DNA of 64,000 nt from Camelus ferus (lineage: Eukaryota), in the NCBI RefSeq assembly GCF_009834535.1, contig NC_045697.1:2110001-2174000 (forward strand), written 5' to 3'. Position numbers and translations under genes: made by a program. Of the stretch, positions 10,201 through 22,200 are shown piece after piece (the first letter of the stretch is position 1; the number at the start of each line of letters is the position of its first letter). Below the pieces are notes generated by a model. It did no database searches and had not been told where the DNA came from. It worked only from the letters and a program-made list of their open reading frames with translations.

Positions 10201-13200
10201 GCCCTCAGGGTGCGGTCCAGCCTGCCTCCTGGGTGCCTGGCCCCACAGACTGAGAGGTGGGCGGAGGCAGCCCACGGTGACCGTGTGGCCTCAGTGGGCT
10301 CCACAGGGTGACTCCACGTGCTTGTGCGTCAGGGAGGCCGAGACCAGACCCGAGAACAGCAGTGTGAGGGGCCCTCCCTGTTCTGAGCAGGGAAGCCGGT
10401 TAAGTGCAGCCCTTAGTGTTTAGACCAAGAGACTGGAGAGAGAAACTGTAAGTATGGTGCCTGGAGTTGAGAGAGAGAGGGAATTGCTGTCCCTGGTGTT
10501 AACCCAGAAGCTCCACGGGATTCTGAATTCCCAGAGCCGGGTGTGGGTGTGGACGGGGAGGCACACTGGGGGCCTCCCCAGGTGTCTGGAAGCTACCATA
10601 GCCTCCCCAGGCGCCTTGGCACTTCATTTCTTCTGACCCTGCACCCGCCACCTCTCTCCCTGCCCCCCAGCCAGAGGCCTGCAGGACCCTGGGGCCCGAG
10701 AGGGACAAGGCCACCAAGCACTGCAGCATCCAGCTGCCCGATGGGACGTCTTGCATGGTGCCCGTCAGGGCAGGGCTCTCCATCAAAGAGGTCCTGTCCG
10801 GGCTCTGCGAGCGACAGGGAATCAACGGGGCCGCTGTGGACCTCTTCCTGGTGGGCGGAGACAAGGTAAGGCTGCGTAGACCTGGGCCTCTCCTGCCCGG
10901 GGTCCTGCCCATGGGAGAGCCTGCCGATGGGATGGGAGGACCGGCTAGTCTGTTTGTTTTAGTAAATCTGCTGGGCCGGACTCTGCGCTCCTCCTCTGAG
11001 CAGTGCGCCTGCTGGAGGCCATCTGGGGGGTGGGGGGTGGGTCGTGCTGTGTGGGGCCCTCTGCGGACGAGCAGTGGACGGCTGGGGAGCCTTCTCTCGC
11101 CCTGGGCCGGTAGGGCTGTTCCGTGCAGCTGTCTGCGCTGCACACTGTGGGTGCGGGGGGCACCTTGGCTCCCCTGATGTCCCTCTCTGTTCCTTCACGT
11201 GTCCCAAAGCCTCTGGTGCTGCATCAGGACAGCAGTATCTTGGAGTCCAGGGACCTGCGCCTAGAAAAACGCACTTTATTTCGGTAAGAAAAATGCAACT
11301 GTCATTTCTGTGAGGTTTCCAGAGCCACACGGCTGCTTCTGGTGACCCCTCCACGGGCCTCTGCTCTGCTGGAAGGGGCTGCCGGCGCCCTCGTCCTGAG
11401 CTCGGTGGGAGGCAGCTGCTCACAGCCCCGGGGGCCAGAGGGGCACTCTCCCTGCCCGTGTATGACCAGGGTGGCGGGCAGGCTGGATGCGGAGCTCGGG
11501 CCGTCCCGTGGGGAGGGGCCCGCTCTTGGCCTGTGTGGCCGCCCCAGCTCAGCCCCACCAGGCCTTGGAGAAAACCCTGCAGGCTCTCTTCTCGTGCAGA
11601 ACCTGGGGCCGACTCGGGGACCCCAGGCGTGCCACGCAGCTCTGCTCTCAAGACGTAATGTCTGTGAGACAGTTGTCGTAGGTCCGTAGCAGATGTGCCC
11701 ATTTCTCCCCTCCCACCAGGCTGGATCTGGTGCCGATTAACCGGTCCGTGGGACTCAAGGCCAAGCCCAGCAAGCCCGTCACGGAGGTGCTGAGGCCCGT
11801 GGCAGCCAAGTACGGTCTGCGCCTGAGCGAGCTGGTGGCTCGGCTGGTGAGTGACGCAAGGCCTGCCGTGCTGCTCAGCTGCCCGGCTCAGCTGCAGCTC
11901 GGTGCTGCCTGCGGGGACCCAGTGTGCCCCCAGCTGTCCACAAAGTGAGCTGTGACCAGTGGGACCAAGGACACACCCGGGGCCTGTCAGCAGCCCTCCT
12001 TCTGGCAGGCCCGGTGGGAGGCGGCCCCGTGGCCCCCTGCTCCCATGCCCTTCGGTGGAGATGCTTGTTGTTTATTCATGCCTTGGTGGTTCCCACTGGG
12101 GTTTGGGTTGATACCTAAGATTTGGGGCTTTTGGCCCAGGGAAACAAAGAGGAGAAACAAATACATGAAAACTCTCCAACCTCTCACCATTTGCAAATCT
12201 GAGCTGATGGCGGAGCGCGGTGGCGCCTGCCCCACCTGCCCAACCCACTGTCGGGCCCCCGCTGGGGTCTGTCACGCTTCCAGCCTCCACGCCGCAGAGC
12301 TAGCGCTCTCCAGCATTGCCACGCCAGGCCCCCGTCATCACTCATTACTCGGTGAATGAGTTCAGAGGGGACAAGACCAGAGTCCCTGTCCCTGCAACCA
12401 GAGGGGGTCCGCAGGGAGACGCCTAGAGCCAGCAGGCTCGGAGAGCTGGGACCCGTGTCTGCTGGTCCCTGCTGGGTCCCGGCACGTGATACACATTTGT
12501 TGTGAAACGTGGTGATTTATGACACACTTGCCTGTGTTCTTTCTTTGGAAAATATACTTTATCAGAACTATGATTTCGAGTAGTTTTAGGATTTTAATTT
12601 TCTCTGAAATGGGCTCCAGAATTGTTCAAGAGCTTTCACGTGAGTGAGAGGGCTGTGCTCAGCTGTTTTCGGACACCCCGAGAGTGACCTGAAGCCCCCT
12701 CCCAGCTCATTGGGGCTGGGGGTGGGGGTGCCGTCCTAGAGTCCAGAGTGTCCCGGACAGAGAGGGACGCATTCCCTACTCTGATCATGTCAGATCGCAA
12801 GCGATCCCCCAACCCCCGGGGCCTGTTTCCCTATCTGAAAAGGGGGGCGGGTCATGGACACGTGCTCTGTGGTCACGTAGGAGTGTCCGGTCCTGAAGGC
12901 TGGCTGGTGAAGCCTGACCCGGAAGAGCAGTCCAGCCACCTGGGGGCTCGGGGCTGGGGAACTGGCGAGGGCAGTGTGGAGGGTCCTTGAGGTTGGGCTG
13001 TGAGGACGTGGCTCTCCTTGGACACACCTGCTGACCCTCTTCAGTGAACTGTGACCCCCCGAGGCCAGGAAGTCTGAGCGGGCAGTACCCTGCCAGCCTT
13101 GGTCTGGTCCTCACTCAGCCAGAGCCCCCACTGGGCATTTGGTCACCGTGTAGTTCTGACTTACAGGGAATTTTGGAGCCAAACCACAAGTTCAGATGCT

Positions 13201-16200
13201 TTTTTCAACATAGGCTGTGGACCTTGAACAGTAAGAGAGCCTCCCCAGGAGAGGAGGGCAGGACCCTGGGCCTCGGGCCCACCTGCTTCCCACCCACAGG
13301 GAGGCACCTGCCCCCGCACTCGCCTCCTGGCATGTTGAAGGCCACGGAGGGCTTCAGGGCCACCGCATCCAGGTGGGGAGTCGTGCTGAGACTTGGGCCA
13401 CCTTCACTGACAGCCCCAGGCTTGTGGACGCAGGTGTTTGTAGCACCTGCCGCGTGTCTTTCACCCCCGGACCTTCGACGTGGCCGAGTGCAGCCAATGG
13501 CCGTCACTCGAGTGGCAGTCTGGTCCCCGCGGGTTTCTAGGGCCAGCATTCCAGGCAGGCCAGCCAACGCTGGTTGTTCCATGTCAGGAGTCTGCAGCCA
13601 GCCCAGGACTTGGGGTCACCTGGTGTGTGATTCCGTTAAGTCTGGGGAGGTCTTGCTGTCAGCAGATGGACCACATACGGTTGTTCTGGAAAGTTCCAGC
13701 TGGGTGGTTACTCATTGTACCTTCTCTGCCTCTAGAATGGAGAGAAGGAGCCCCTGGACCTGGGAGCCCCCATCTCAAGTCTGGACGGACAGCGGGTCAT
13801 CTTGGAGGAGAAGGACCCCTCCCGAGGGAAAGGTGAGCAGGGTCATGCTGCCGGGCCCCTGGACTCTGCCTCCGGGGAAGCGCCCGCTCCTGCCCTGAGC
13901 TCTCAGAGCGACAGCCCAGGCGGTGCTGCTGGGGTTTAGCGTCTCTCGGGCCTGGCGACCCCCTGCCAGGGCCGAGCTCAACCCTAGGTGCCTAGACGAG
14001 TCCAGGCCCTGACTTTGGGCAGGAGGCACTGGGACCAGGAGCGCGAGGGCCTCGTGCTGGGGCCTCCTGAGGGTGTCTTCTCAATCGTAAGGAGGGGCGA
14101 CAGGCCCTGAGGAACCCCCGGGGCTGCTCCTGGGTTCCAGCGTGCCTGGTTCCTGGGAGGCCTCATCATCCCTCTGCTCCAGGGACAGGGGACCCCAGGG
14201 CAGAGCTGCCCGGCCTCGGCCCAGCAGTAGCTGAGGTGGGAGCCTGGGTGGTGATGGAGGTCCCATTGTGCCTTGTGTGTGGAATCAGGTGGTTTCCAGA
14301 GCCCTTTCCCGCACGCTGCCTCAGCCATGACAGCGCTGCCCCGGGGACATGGCGGTCCCTACAGCCCAGAGCCTGGCCTTGGGGCAGCAGCCTGGCAGCT
14401 GGGGCTCAGTCAGGCCCTGCAGCCTCGGGACCTGCACCTCTCGGAGCGCTCAGCCACTCCCAGGTGGAGGGTGGCGGGGGCATGTCTCCTGGAGAGAGCT
14501 TTCTGGAGCTTGCTGAGTGAGGCGAGGAGGTGGCTGTGTCAGGGCTGCTGGGGGCCACGTTGGGCTGCCCCCTCCCTTTCCCAGGCTTTGGCCCAGCGAG
14601 CTGGCTCAGCCCTAAAATGGGGCACCAGTCACCTGCCTCCATCCCTGCTGGTGACCCAGACCGTGGTGGTCCCTCTGCCCTCGGGGCTCCAGTGCCTGCT
14701 GCTCCTGCCCCTCTGGGCCCATCTGGGTTCTGGAGAAGGCCGTGCGCTCTCCCCCAGGCCTGGTAGCCGCCACAGAGGGTGAGCGGCCCGCACAGGGCGC
14801 AGGTGCTCAGTGCCTCTCTCGGGCCTGACGCGCCTGGACCTTCTGGCCTGTTTGTGCACAGGTGAGTCTGACGGCGCAGCTGCAGGCCCGTGCAGGCAGC
14901 AATTGTGACGCCGCTCGTAGGCAGGAGCGCTGTGATTCCGCCAGGCCTCTCTGGGCCAGAGAGTCGTCTGTGGACCGTGAGGGCCACTGGGGCCGGCCTG
15001 CGGCCCCGACTCGGGGCAATGGCTATATTTGAAAATACTAGTGTGAAACTCGTCTACTTTCTAAAGACATTCGAGCCAAACAGTATCCAAACGAGCTTCC
15101 ATTCAGCTCATGACCACAAAGGCCCAGTAAACCTGCAAACCACGAGCCCTCTCCACGTCACCCTTGCTCCGTTCCTGCCAGACGTGGCAGGCGGACGAGG
15201 GCCCCGCGTGTGGCGTTTGGGCCTACTCGTCCATGTAGATAAGGGGCCGGTATCTCACACTTGGGCTTCTGTCCAGCTTTTCTCTCAAAGACATAGAAAC
15301 CTAATTATGTTCAGTGTCGAGACAGATTTGCACTCACCTCAGTTAGAAAGCTTATCTCACTGTGTTCAGTGTCCACAGATAAACAGAAAAGTGCGCCAGC
15401 CAAACAGAGTACATCCGTCAGCACCAGTTCCAGAAGCCAGTCGGCTACGGTAACTGCCCTCTTCCCGCCCCCTCGCCCCTCCCCTGCGACGCGATGCTCG
15501 GGGCGGGTGGCCCGCCAGCCCCGCGATCCCGCGGCCCCAGTGGCCCCCTGCGCCTCTGGTCGGGTTGGGCTCGCATCCCGGGCGGTGGGCCGGACGGGGG
15601 GTCTTCTCGTGGTCCCTTCATGCCGCCTCTGCCCACTGGCCTGGGGGGCGCGGGGGGGGGGGTGCCTGATGTGCTGTTCTTTTGTAACCTTCATCGTTGT
15701 GGCTGACTTTTCTGCAACACATTTTAAGTCCAAATCAATGCAATCTACGTTTCAAAGCCCTTTGTTATATCACTGATGAACTGTGTGTTGTCATGTGTCT
15801 GAAATGTGAGTAGAACTTTGACTTTCCTTCTGACGCAGGGAGAGGAGAGAACACTAGGCAAGTCTAATTCTATTAAAATAAAAGGAGAAAATGGGAAGAA
15901 TGCTAGGGATCCCCGGCTTTCAAAGAGAGAAGAATCTATTGCAAAGATTGGGAAAAAAAAATTTCAGAAAATTAATTTGGACGAAGCAGAGGGTAGGTGT
16001 ACTTTCTAAAACTTCCACATTTTTAGTGAATGCAATGTCAGGTTTCCATGTGATCGTTGGAACTTGCCCTGTGTTACTGACATCAGGGTGGCTGTGATCC
16101 CTGTCATGCTGAGAATTTGTCCCCCATCAGTCTTCAGTTGTCAGTGTGACTTTACGAGGACTCCAGTTTTCAGGCTGAGAGCCAGGCCCCTTAGGAGTCA

Positions 16201-19200
16201 GGAGTCCCGTGTGGGCCCTCCGTCTGTCTCCTCCCCACAGCCAGGTCCTTGGCTCAGAGGGAGGCTCGGGGATCAGGGTCCTTGTCTCTGAGGGTCCTCA
16301 CCAGGAGGTGGCAGGCAGGAGGGCCCAGGGCTGGCTGTCTTCTGCTGGCCAGAGGCCCAGGGGAAAGGCTGTGTTAGCCTGTGGGTTGGCCGCCTGTGCT
16401 TCTCCCCTGCCCGCAGGGGAGGAAGGATGCACCGGGAGACGGAGAGGGAGGGTGCTGGAAACTTCCTTTGCTTCTGAAAGCTTACAACAAAGACAAGCTT
16501 GAGAACTGACTCGAAACTGAGCTGTTCCTGTGACCTGAGCTTTGGCCCAGGGAGCACATCCTGGTCTGCTGGGCTGTCACGGTTCCCTGTGACGGCCAAC
16601 ATCAGGCGGGAGTAACGCACACAGCTGTCTGCAGTTGGCGCCTTTCTGAAAGCCAGCGAGATTTGAGATTTTTAAACTCCTTGTTCAGAAGCTAAGATTG
16701 TCATTAAAGACTAGAGAAAACTCAGTGTAGACACCATCGACTTTGCATGGTGAACTCGAGTTACGACTGGGAATCCGCCCAGGTGGGAAAAAGAAGAGCT
16801 CTGGAAGCCAGCAAAGCAGGAGCTATAGAGCAGGCCGCCCGGGGCCGCCCGGGAGGGGCCTGGGGCCGTGGGGCCCCCAGCGTGGACAGAGGGGCCCGGC
16901 CTTCAGGGCTGGGCGCCACTCTCAGGCCCCATCTGGACCACCCTCTTCTGAAGGGTGGTGACCCCCAGAGGCCCCCGGTTCGTGGTGACACAACCCGTGC
17001 ATCCTTCACATTGGCCAAGGCTGGTTCACCAGCTCCGGGCGCCAGGCTGGGGCACGTCCTGGGTCTTTCAGGCCGTAGTGTCTGGCCAGTGGCCTCTGTA
17101 ATCCTCAGAAGAGAGCCAGGAATTGTGTGGCACCAGAGATGTGCTGCTGAAACCCGTCGGCGCAGGGTTGGTCCAGTCAGGCCGGGTTTTCAGTCTGGGC
17201 TTCAGGCAGCTTGACTTCAGGGAGGAGCAGAGAGAGTGTCCCTGCAGCCCTGCGGGTACAGACAGGAGTGAGGAGGCCTGGGCAGCGGGACGGAGCTTTC
17301 CAGACGTGCATTTGGCTGCATGTGCCAGACGGTAGACTCTCTAAAACTTAGTCAATGTGGGTTTTCTTCTGTAGAGTTTTTTGAGCTCATTTCCAAAGCT
17401 CAGAGCAACAGAGCAGACGACCAGCGCGGGCTGCTGAGGAAGGAGGACCTGGTGCTGCCCGAGTTCCTGCGTCTGCCCCCCAGCCCTACGGAGCTCACCC
17501 CATCCTTGGCCTCCGCCAAGGCCTTCGGCCAGAGACCCACAACAGGCCACGGCAAGGAGAGGGCTCCCAGGCCCCGAGAGCCGCAGGGGCCCGCCTGGGA
17601 CTGCCGAGAAAGCCCGGCCACCAGCCCTGGCTCGGCGGACAGCGCGCCCTTCTGTGCCCCCGGGACCCCCAGCCCCCCGGCGCAGGAAGCAGAGGCCAGG
17701 GACGTCCAGACCGTGGAGGGCGAGCATGTGGCTGACCTGACGCTCACGGGGGAGGGAGACATCAACAGCCCCAACAGCACCTTCCTGCCACCACCCCCTG
17801 CCCCGCGGAACTCGGCGGGGCCTCCGAGACCAGGTACCTCCCAGTGTGACACCCCTGCGCCCCTGTGACTCCGCTGCTCCCTGCCCGCCTGGTGTCACCC
17901 ACCCCGTGTTGTCCACCCTGTGTTGTCCACCCAGTTTCCAATAAAAAAGAAACAGCTGTGGTAAGTTAGCCCTTGGCCCCAAAAGCTCTCGGGAGGCTTC
18001 ACGTGGCCTCTTCCCCGGTTACTGTTTGTCGTGGCTGCATCTGCCTTTTCTGAAGGGACTCGGCAGCTGCTGAGGTTCGAGTGTGGGCGGGGTGGGCGCT
18101 GAGGGGCCCGGAGGGGGCATCCCACCATGGGGCGGGGCTCGAGGCGGCGCCCACACCGGGCACAGTGGCACTGTCTCTGCTGCCCCCTCCTCAGTCCTGG
18201 GCCCGGGAGCACCAGCAAGCGAGGCCCTGGGAACTTCTGCGCGCGCGCGCCGCTTTAAGTTCCCGATGGCTGCTGGCGCTTTCGGCGTTTTGATCTCAAG
18301 CCTGAAAGAGTGTTTGTCTGGAGCAAGAGCGCGAAGCCCCACGTGAATGGCAGCGCGAGGACTGGCCTACGGTCCGTCCACAGGGAGGGCTGGCCGCCCT
18401 CCGCCTGCCGGTCAGACAGCATGCGTGCCCAGGCACCGGGGCCCCATGGGGTTCCCTGACCCGGCCAGTCACAGGTGTCCCTCCAGGTGGAAGCGGGAAC
18501 TTAGCGTGAGAAGGCAGGCAGCACGGCTGGCGGCGGAGCCATTCCCCAGAAGCACGAGTGTTGGCAGGTGAAGTGGGGCCCCGGCCTCCTGGAAGGGGCT
18601 TGAGGCCACCGCCGGTGTCCCCGCGTCCCTGGTCCCGCGATGTAGGCGAGGAGCCTTGTCCACGTGCGTGTCCACAGGGCCCTGGAGGCTGCCGGTGTCC
18701 CCGGCGTGCCCCGTGATGCGCGGACGCTCTAGGTCATGAACCGCTGTTGGGGGTGGCGGGAAGGCCCCGGTCAGGATGCCGCCGGCACTCAGAGTCCTGC
18801 CCCAGGGCTAGGTCTTGTCAGACCTGCAGCTGCGTCTCCGTGGGGACCCAAGGCGGTGCTGGTCCCCGCACGATCGTACGCACGTGCGCAGTGCCGCGTG
18901 GGGCGGGTGCCTTCCCGGTGGGATGGCGCGTGGATGCGGAGTCCCGCGCGCGTCGCCCTGCACGGCCTGCGCCGCAGCCTGGCTGTCTTGTCCTGCTCTT
19001 CTTTGTAGACGCCTGTGTGTAGTTTTCACCTGTGTTTGAACTCTGTTCTTCCCGGAGAAATAAACTCTAGATCTCATCACTGGACTGGTTTAAAACTCTT
19101 TCCTTTCTCATTTGAAACTTTGTTTCCACTTTAGAAAAACAGTAAGTGTATCTTAATCCAGAGAAAGTATTGCACGTTTTTTATGTATGGGAGTCACTGG

Positions 19201-22200
19201 GTTTACATGAATACACTGGCTTTCAGAGATCTACCATTCACTCAGCAAACGTTCCCGAGCCCCTCACGTGGGCCCCACGGGAGGCCCCCGCCCCAAGAGC
19301 CGGCATCGGCATCGGGCCTCCAGGCAGAGGAAGGGGTGCCAGGAGGGGGTGGGTGAGGCAGCCAGGCTGGATTCTCCTGGCTCGTTCGCCGTGAACCCAG
19401 GGCCGAGGTGTGCTGGCTGCCTGCTGTAGGCCTTCCCTCAGCCCCACCCAGCTCCTCCGGGTCCACGTTCTGCTCTGAGTGTGTCGGGCCCACACTGTTC
19501 ACCCAGGGTGGGCTCAGCCTTCCCCCTGCATGCCCATCTGCATGGGCAGTGTGCCTGCGGGTCCCTGTCTTTCCCAAGTGCGTCGCTCTCCGTGTACTAG
19601 TCTCTGTGGGGTGGAAACCCGGAGCCCTGAGGGCTCCTCCTGACCACTGACAGGGACCAGTTCCACAGCCACCACCAACCCCCAGCCCCCAAGGAGGTGG
19701 GGACCCTGGACACTTGGCTCCCAGCTGTCCCGAGCAGGGAGGACGGAGAGGCACTTGGGCACAGGCCAGTGAGGCAGGTGCCAAGGAGCCATGAGGGCCT
19801 GTGATCTGCCCAGTGTCCCCCTGGAGCTGGGAAGAGCCTGGGCCACGTGTCCTTCTGTGCAGCATCTGCTCGTCCCACGAGGCCCCTGGGGGACAGCCTC
19901 CTTGTCGGCCTTGCCAGATGGATCCCCCGCTGGTCCATGAGCCCCACATCCACATTGTGACATGGGAACCACACCCAAGGTTCCTAGTCCCAGTGAAGAG
20001 CCTGCTCGTACCCCCCGGGCCAGCTTCCGTATTCTTGGGGCCAGAAGGCGGGTTTCACCCGGAGTTACTCTCGCCAGTTCCAGCTGCCATGAACTGTTGC
20101 CCAGCAGCGTGGTGGCCGCCATGGCCCCTCCATCCCGTGTGATGGTGCCGTTGGGTCCCCAGGCTCCCCACCCCAGGCTCCCCACCCCAGGCTGCCAGCA
20201 GTGCGCCCCCACCCAGGGAGGGTGTCCCTTGGAGTCGTGCTGCCTGCCCACCTGGCCCTTAGTCCCCAGCACCCACGTACGAAAAGGACCGTCAGCGCCC
20301 GGTGTGGCTGAAAGATGGTGGTCTTCAGAGGGACACGCGGCCCCGGCATGGAGCCTGTACTGTAGGACGCGCCTTCCCTGCAGGGGATTTGGTCCGAATT
20401 CCCAGCCACCTTCTGACCTGTTTGGTTTCCAACAAAACTCTGAGAGTTGGTGAGCGTGCTCTGGCAGTTCCCGTCTTGGGGAGGACCGGCTGGGACCTCG
20501 GGTCCTGGCAGAGCGAGAGTCAGGTTCTGAGTCAGTGTCCCCAGCTGTGCAGAGGGCGGTGCTCGCCCAGTGGGAGGAGGTGCCTGTGCCCACAGCAAGG
20601 CTGTGGGAGTCGCCCCCAGACGGCACTTCTCCCTAGTGAGGAAGGCACATCTGTTGAACAGGGTCGTGGGTGAAGGTGTCCAGAGCCAGCCGAGGAGTGG
20701 TCTCCAGCGCTGACCGAAGCCCCCGGCCCAGCACCCGCTCCACCCCTAGGTGCTGTCGGGCCGGCAGGTCCTCGCCTTGGCTCCTGGGCTGAGCGCTCAG
20801 CTGTGACATGGGACCCTAGGGTGCGGGTCTTACCATGTGGGGTCTGGGAGAAGTCTGCTCCGGAGGGTGTCTGGAGCCCTTCCCTGGGCCCTAGGTTTGG
20901 AGAATTCTCTCCCTAACTGCCCCTTCCTCAGTCCAGTGGCTGGGCCCTCCATCCCTCCACCCCTCCACCGCCATCTCAGCCCCTCACCCAGGCACCTGCC
21001 TGTGCTGGCACTGGGGGCCTGGGTCCGGGTCCCGGCCCAGAGTCCCTCAGCCCCTCCAGGAGGCCAGACTCTCGGGGGGCCCACAGGCCAGCTGGGCTCC
21101 CTGCTCCCGTCCTCAGCTGGCCCTGTGGCTACCTCAGTGCCCGTCCAGCCCTCCCCCAGGAGCACTCGCAAGGGATCCGTCCTGGCCTGGGTCCCCTGGG
21201 GCCCAGCACGAGGAGATGCTGCTCACTGGGTGGGGCAGAAGTCAGCCAATTTGGGGGCCTCATGCCACACTGACAGTGTCCAGGGTCCCCAAAGATGTGT
21301 CCAGTTAGCAGAGCAGTGGGGAGCCCTCAGCCCACCTGGCAGCAGTTACGGTAGCTCTCCTGCTCACTCGCCCACAGCCCACCTGCCAGGGGTCACTGTA
21401 GCCTAGCAACCGGGTTTCCATGGGAATGGGGCTAGTGTTAACCAGAGGCCGCATGCCCACACCAGGGCCACACCTTTTACCTTGGCAGGAAAAGTGCCCA
21501 GACCACATGCCCTTGGTGTGGCCATGAGTCCCGGGAGCCGATCTGCACCGGGCTGCCCAGTGCCCAGCCACTCCCCCAACCTGGACCCCAGCGACGGTCT
21601 CCGTGTGTCACACCTGCTCAGTCCCAGCTGAGGCAGAAGCCCTGGGCTGGAGACACTGGGGAAGGCTGCCTGGCTCCAGCTGTGACAGGACGACAACCAC
21701 AGGGGGTCCAGCTGCCCGACCCCAGGGGTGTCGGGGCTCCTGGGCCAGCTGTGCAGCTCTCCCCAGCCCAGGGCCCAGGCCTCTTGTCCCTGTATCCACC
21801 CCCACTCCCGCCATGTTTGCACTTGTCCACTCAGATGTCCCCTCTCTCCAGTAGAGGCCTGGCCCTTCTGTCTGGGTGGCCGGGGGACGCACCTCCCGTG
21901 CACACCTGCTTTCTGGGGCAGCCAGCCAGCCTCCCCAGCACAAACTGTGATGTGACCTGGAGTGGCTGCCTGCTTTCCTGGGACACGGAAGTCCCAGGAG
22001 GGCGGCCTCTGCAGGGGCGCTCTCCAGAACGCCCTTTCCAGCAGTGTGTTCTTGTGCCCTGGCCTGGCCCTGGCCTGGCCGGAGCTGAGTGGACCTTCTC
22101 CTGCTAGTGCCTGGGAGCTCCTGGGCCAGCCTGGCCACTCCACAGTCCTCGCAGGCTGACCGGGCTGGCCCAGCACCCCTGCCCCAGACCCCTGGCTGGA

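Noticed and set aside
10668..10674. CAG-CCAG tandem acceptor in RGS12
   Set aside because: A 4-nt shift would frameshift, and the first AG gives the conserved frame
17895..17932. Two tandem copies of GTGTTGTCCACCC; also a short duplicate at 18611/18691
   Set aside because: Ordinary slippage duplications, too short to imply function
19514..20626. 370-aa minus-strand ORF
   Set aside because: Low-complexity GC-driven translation with no recognisable motif
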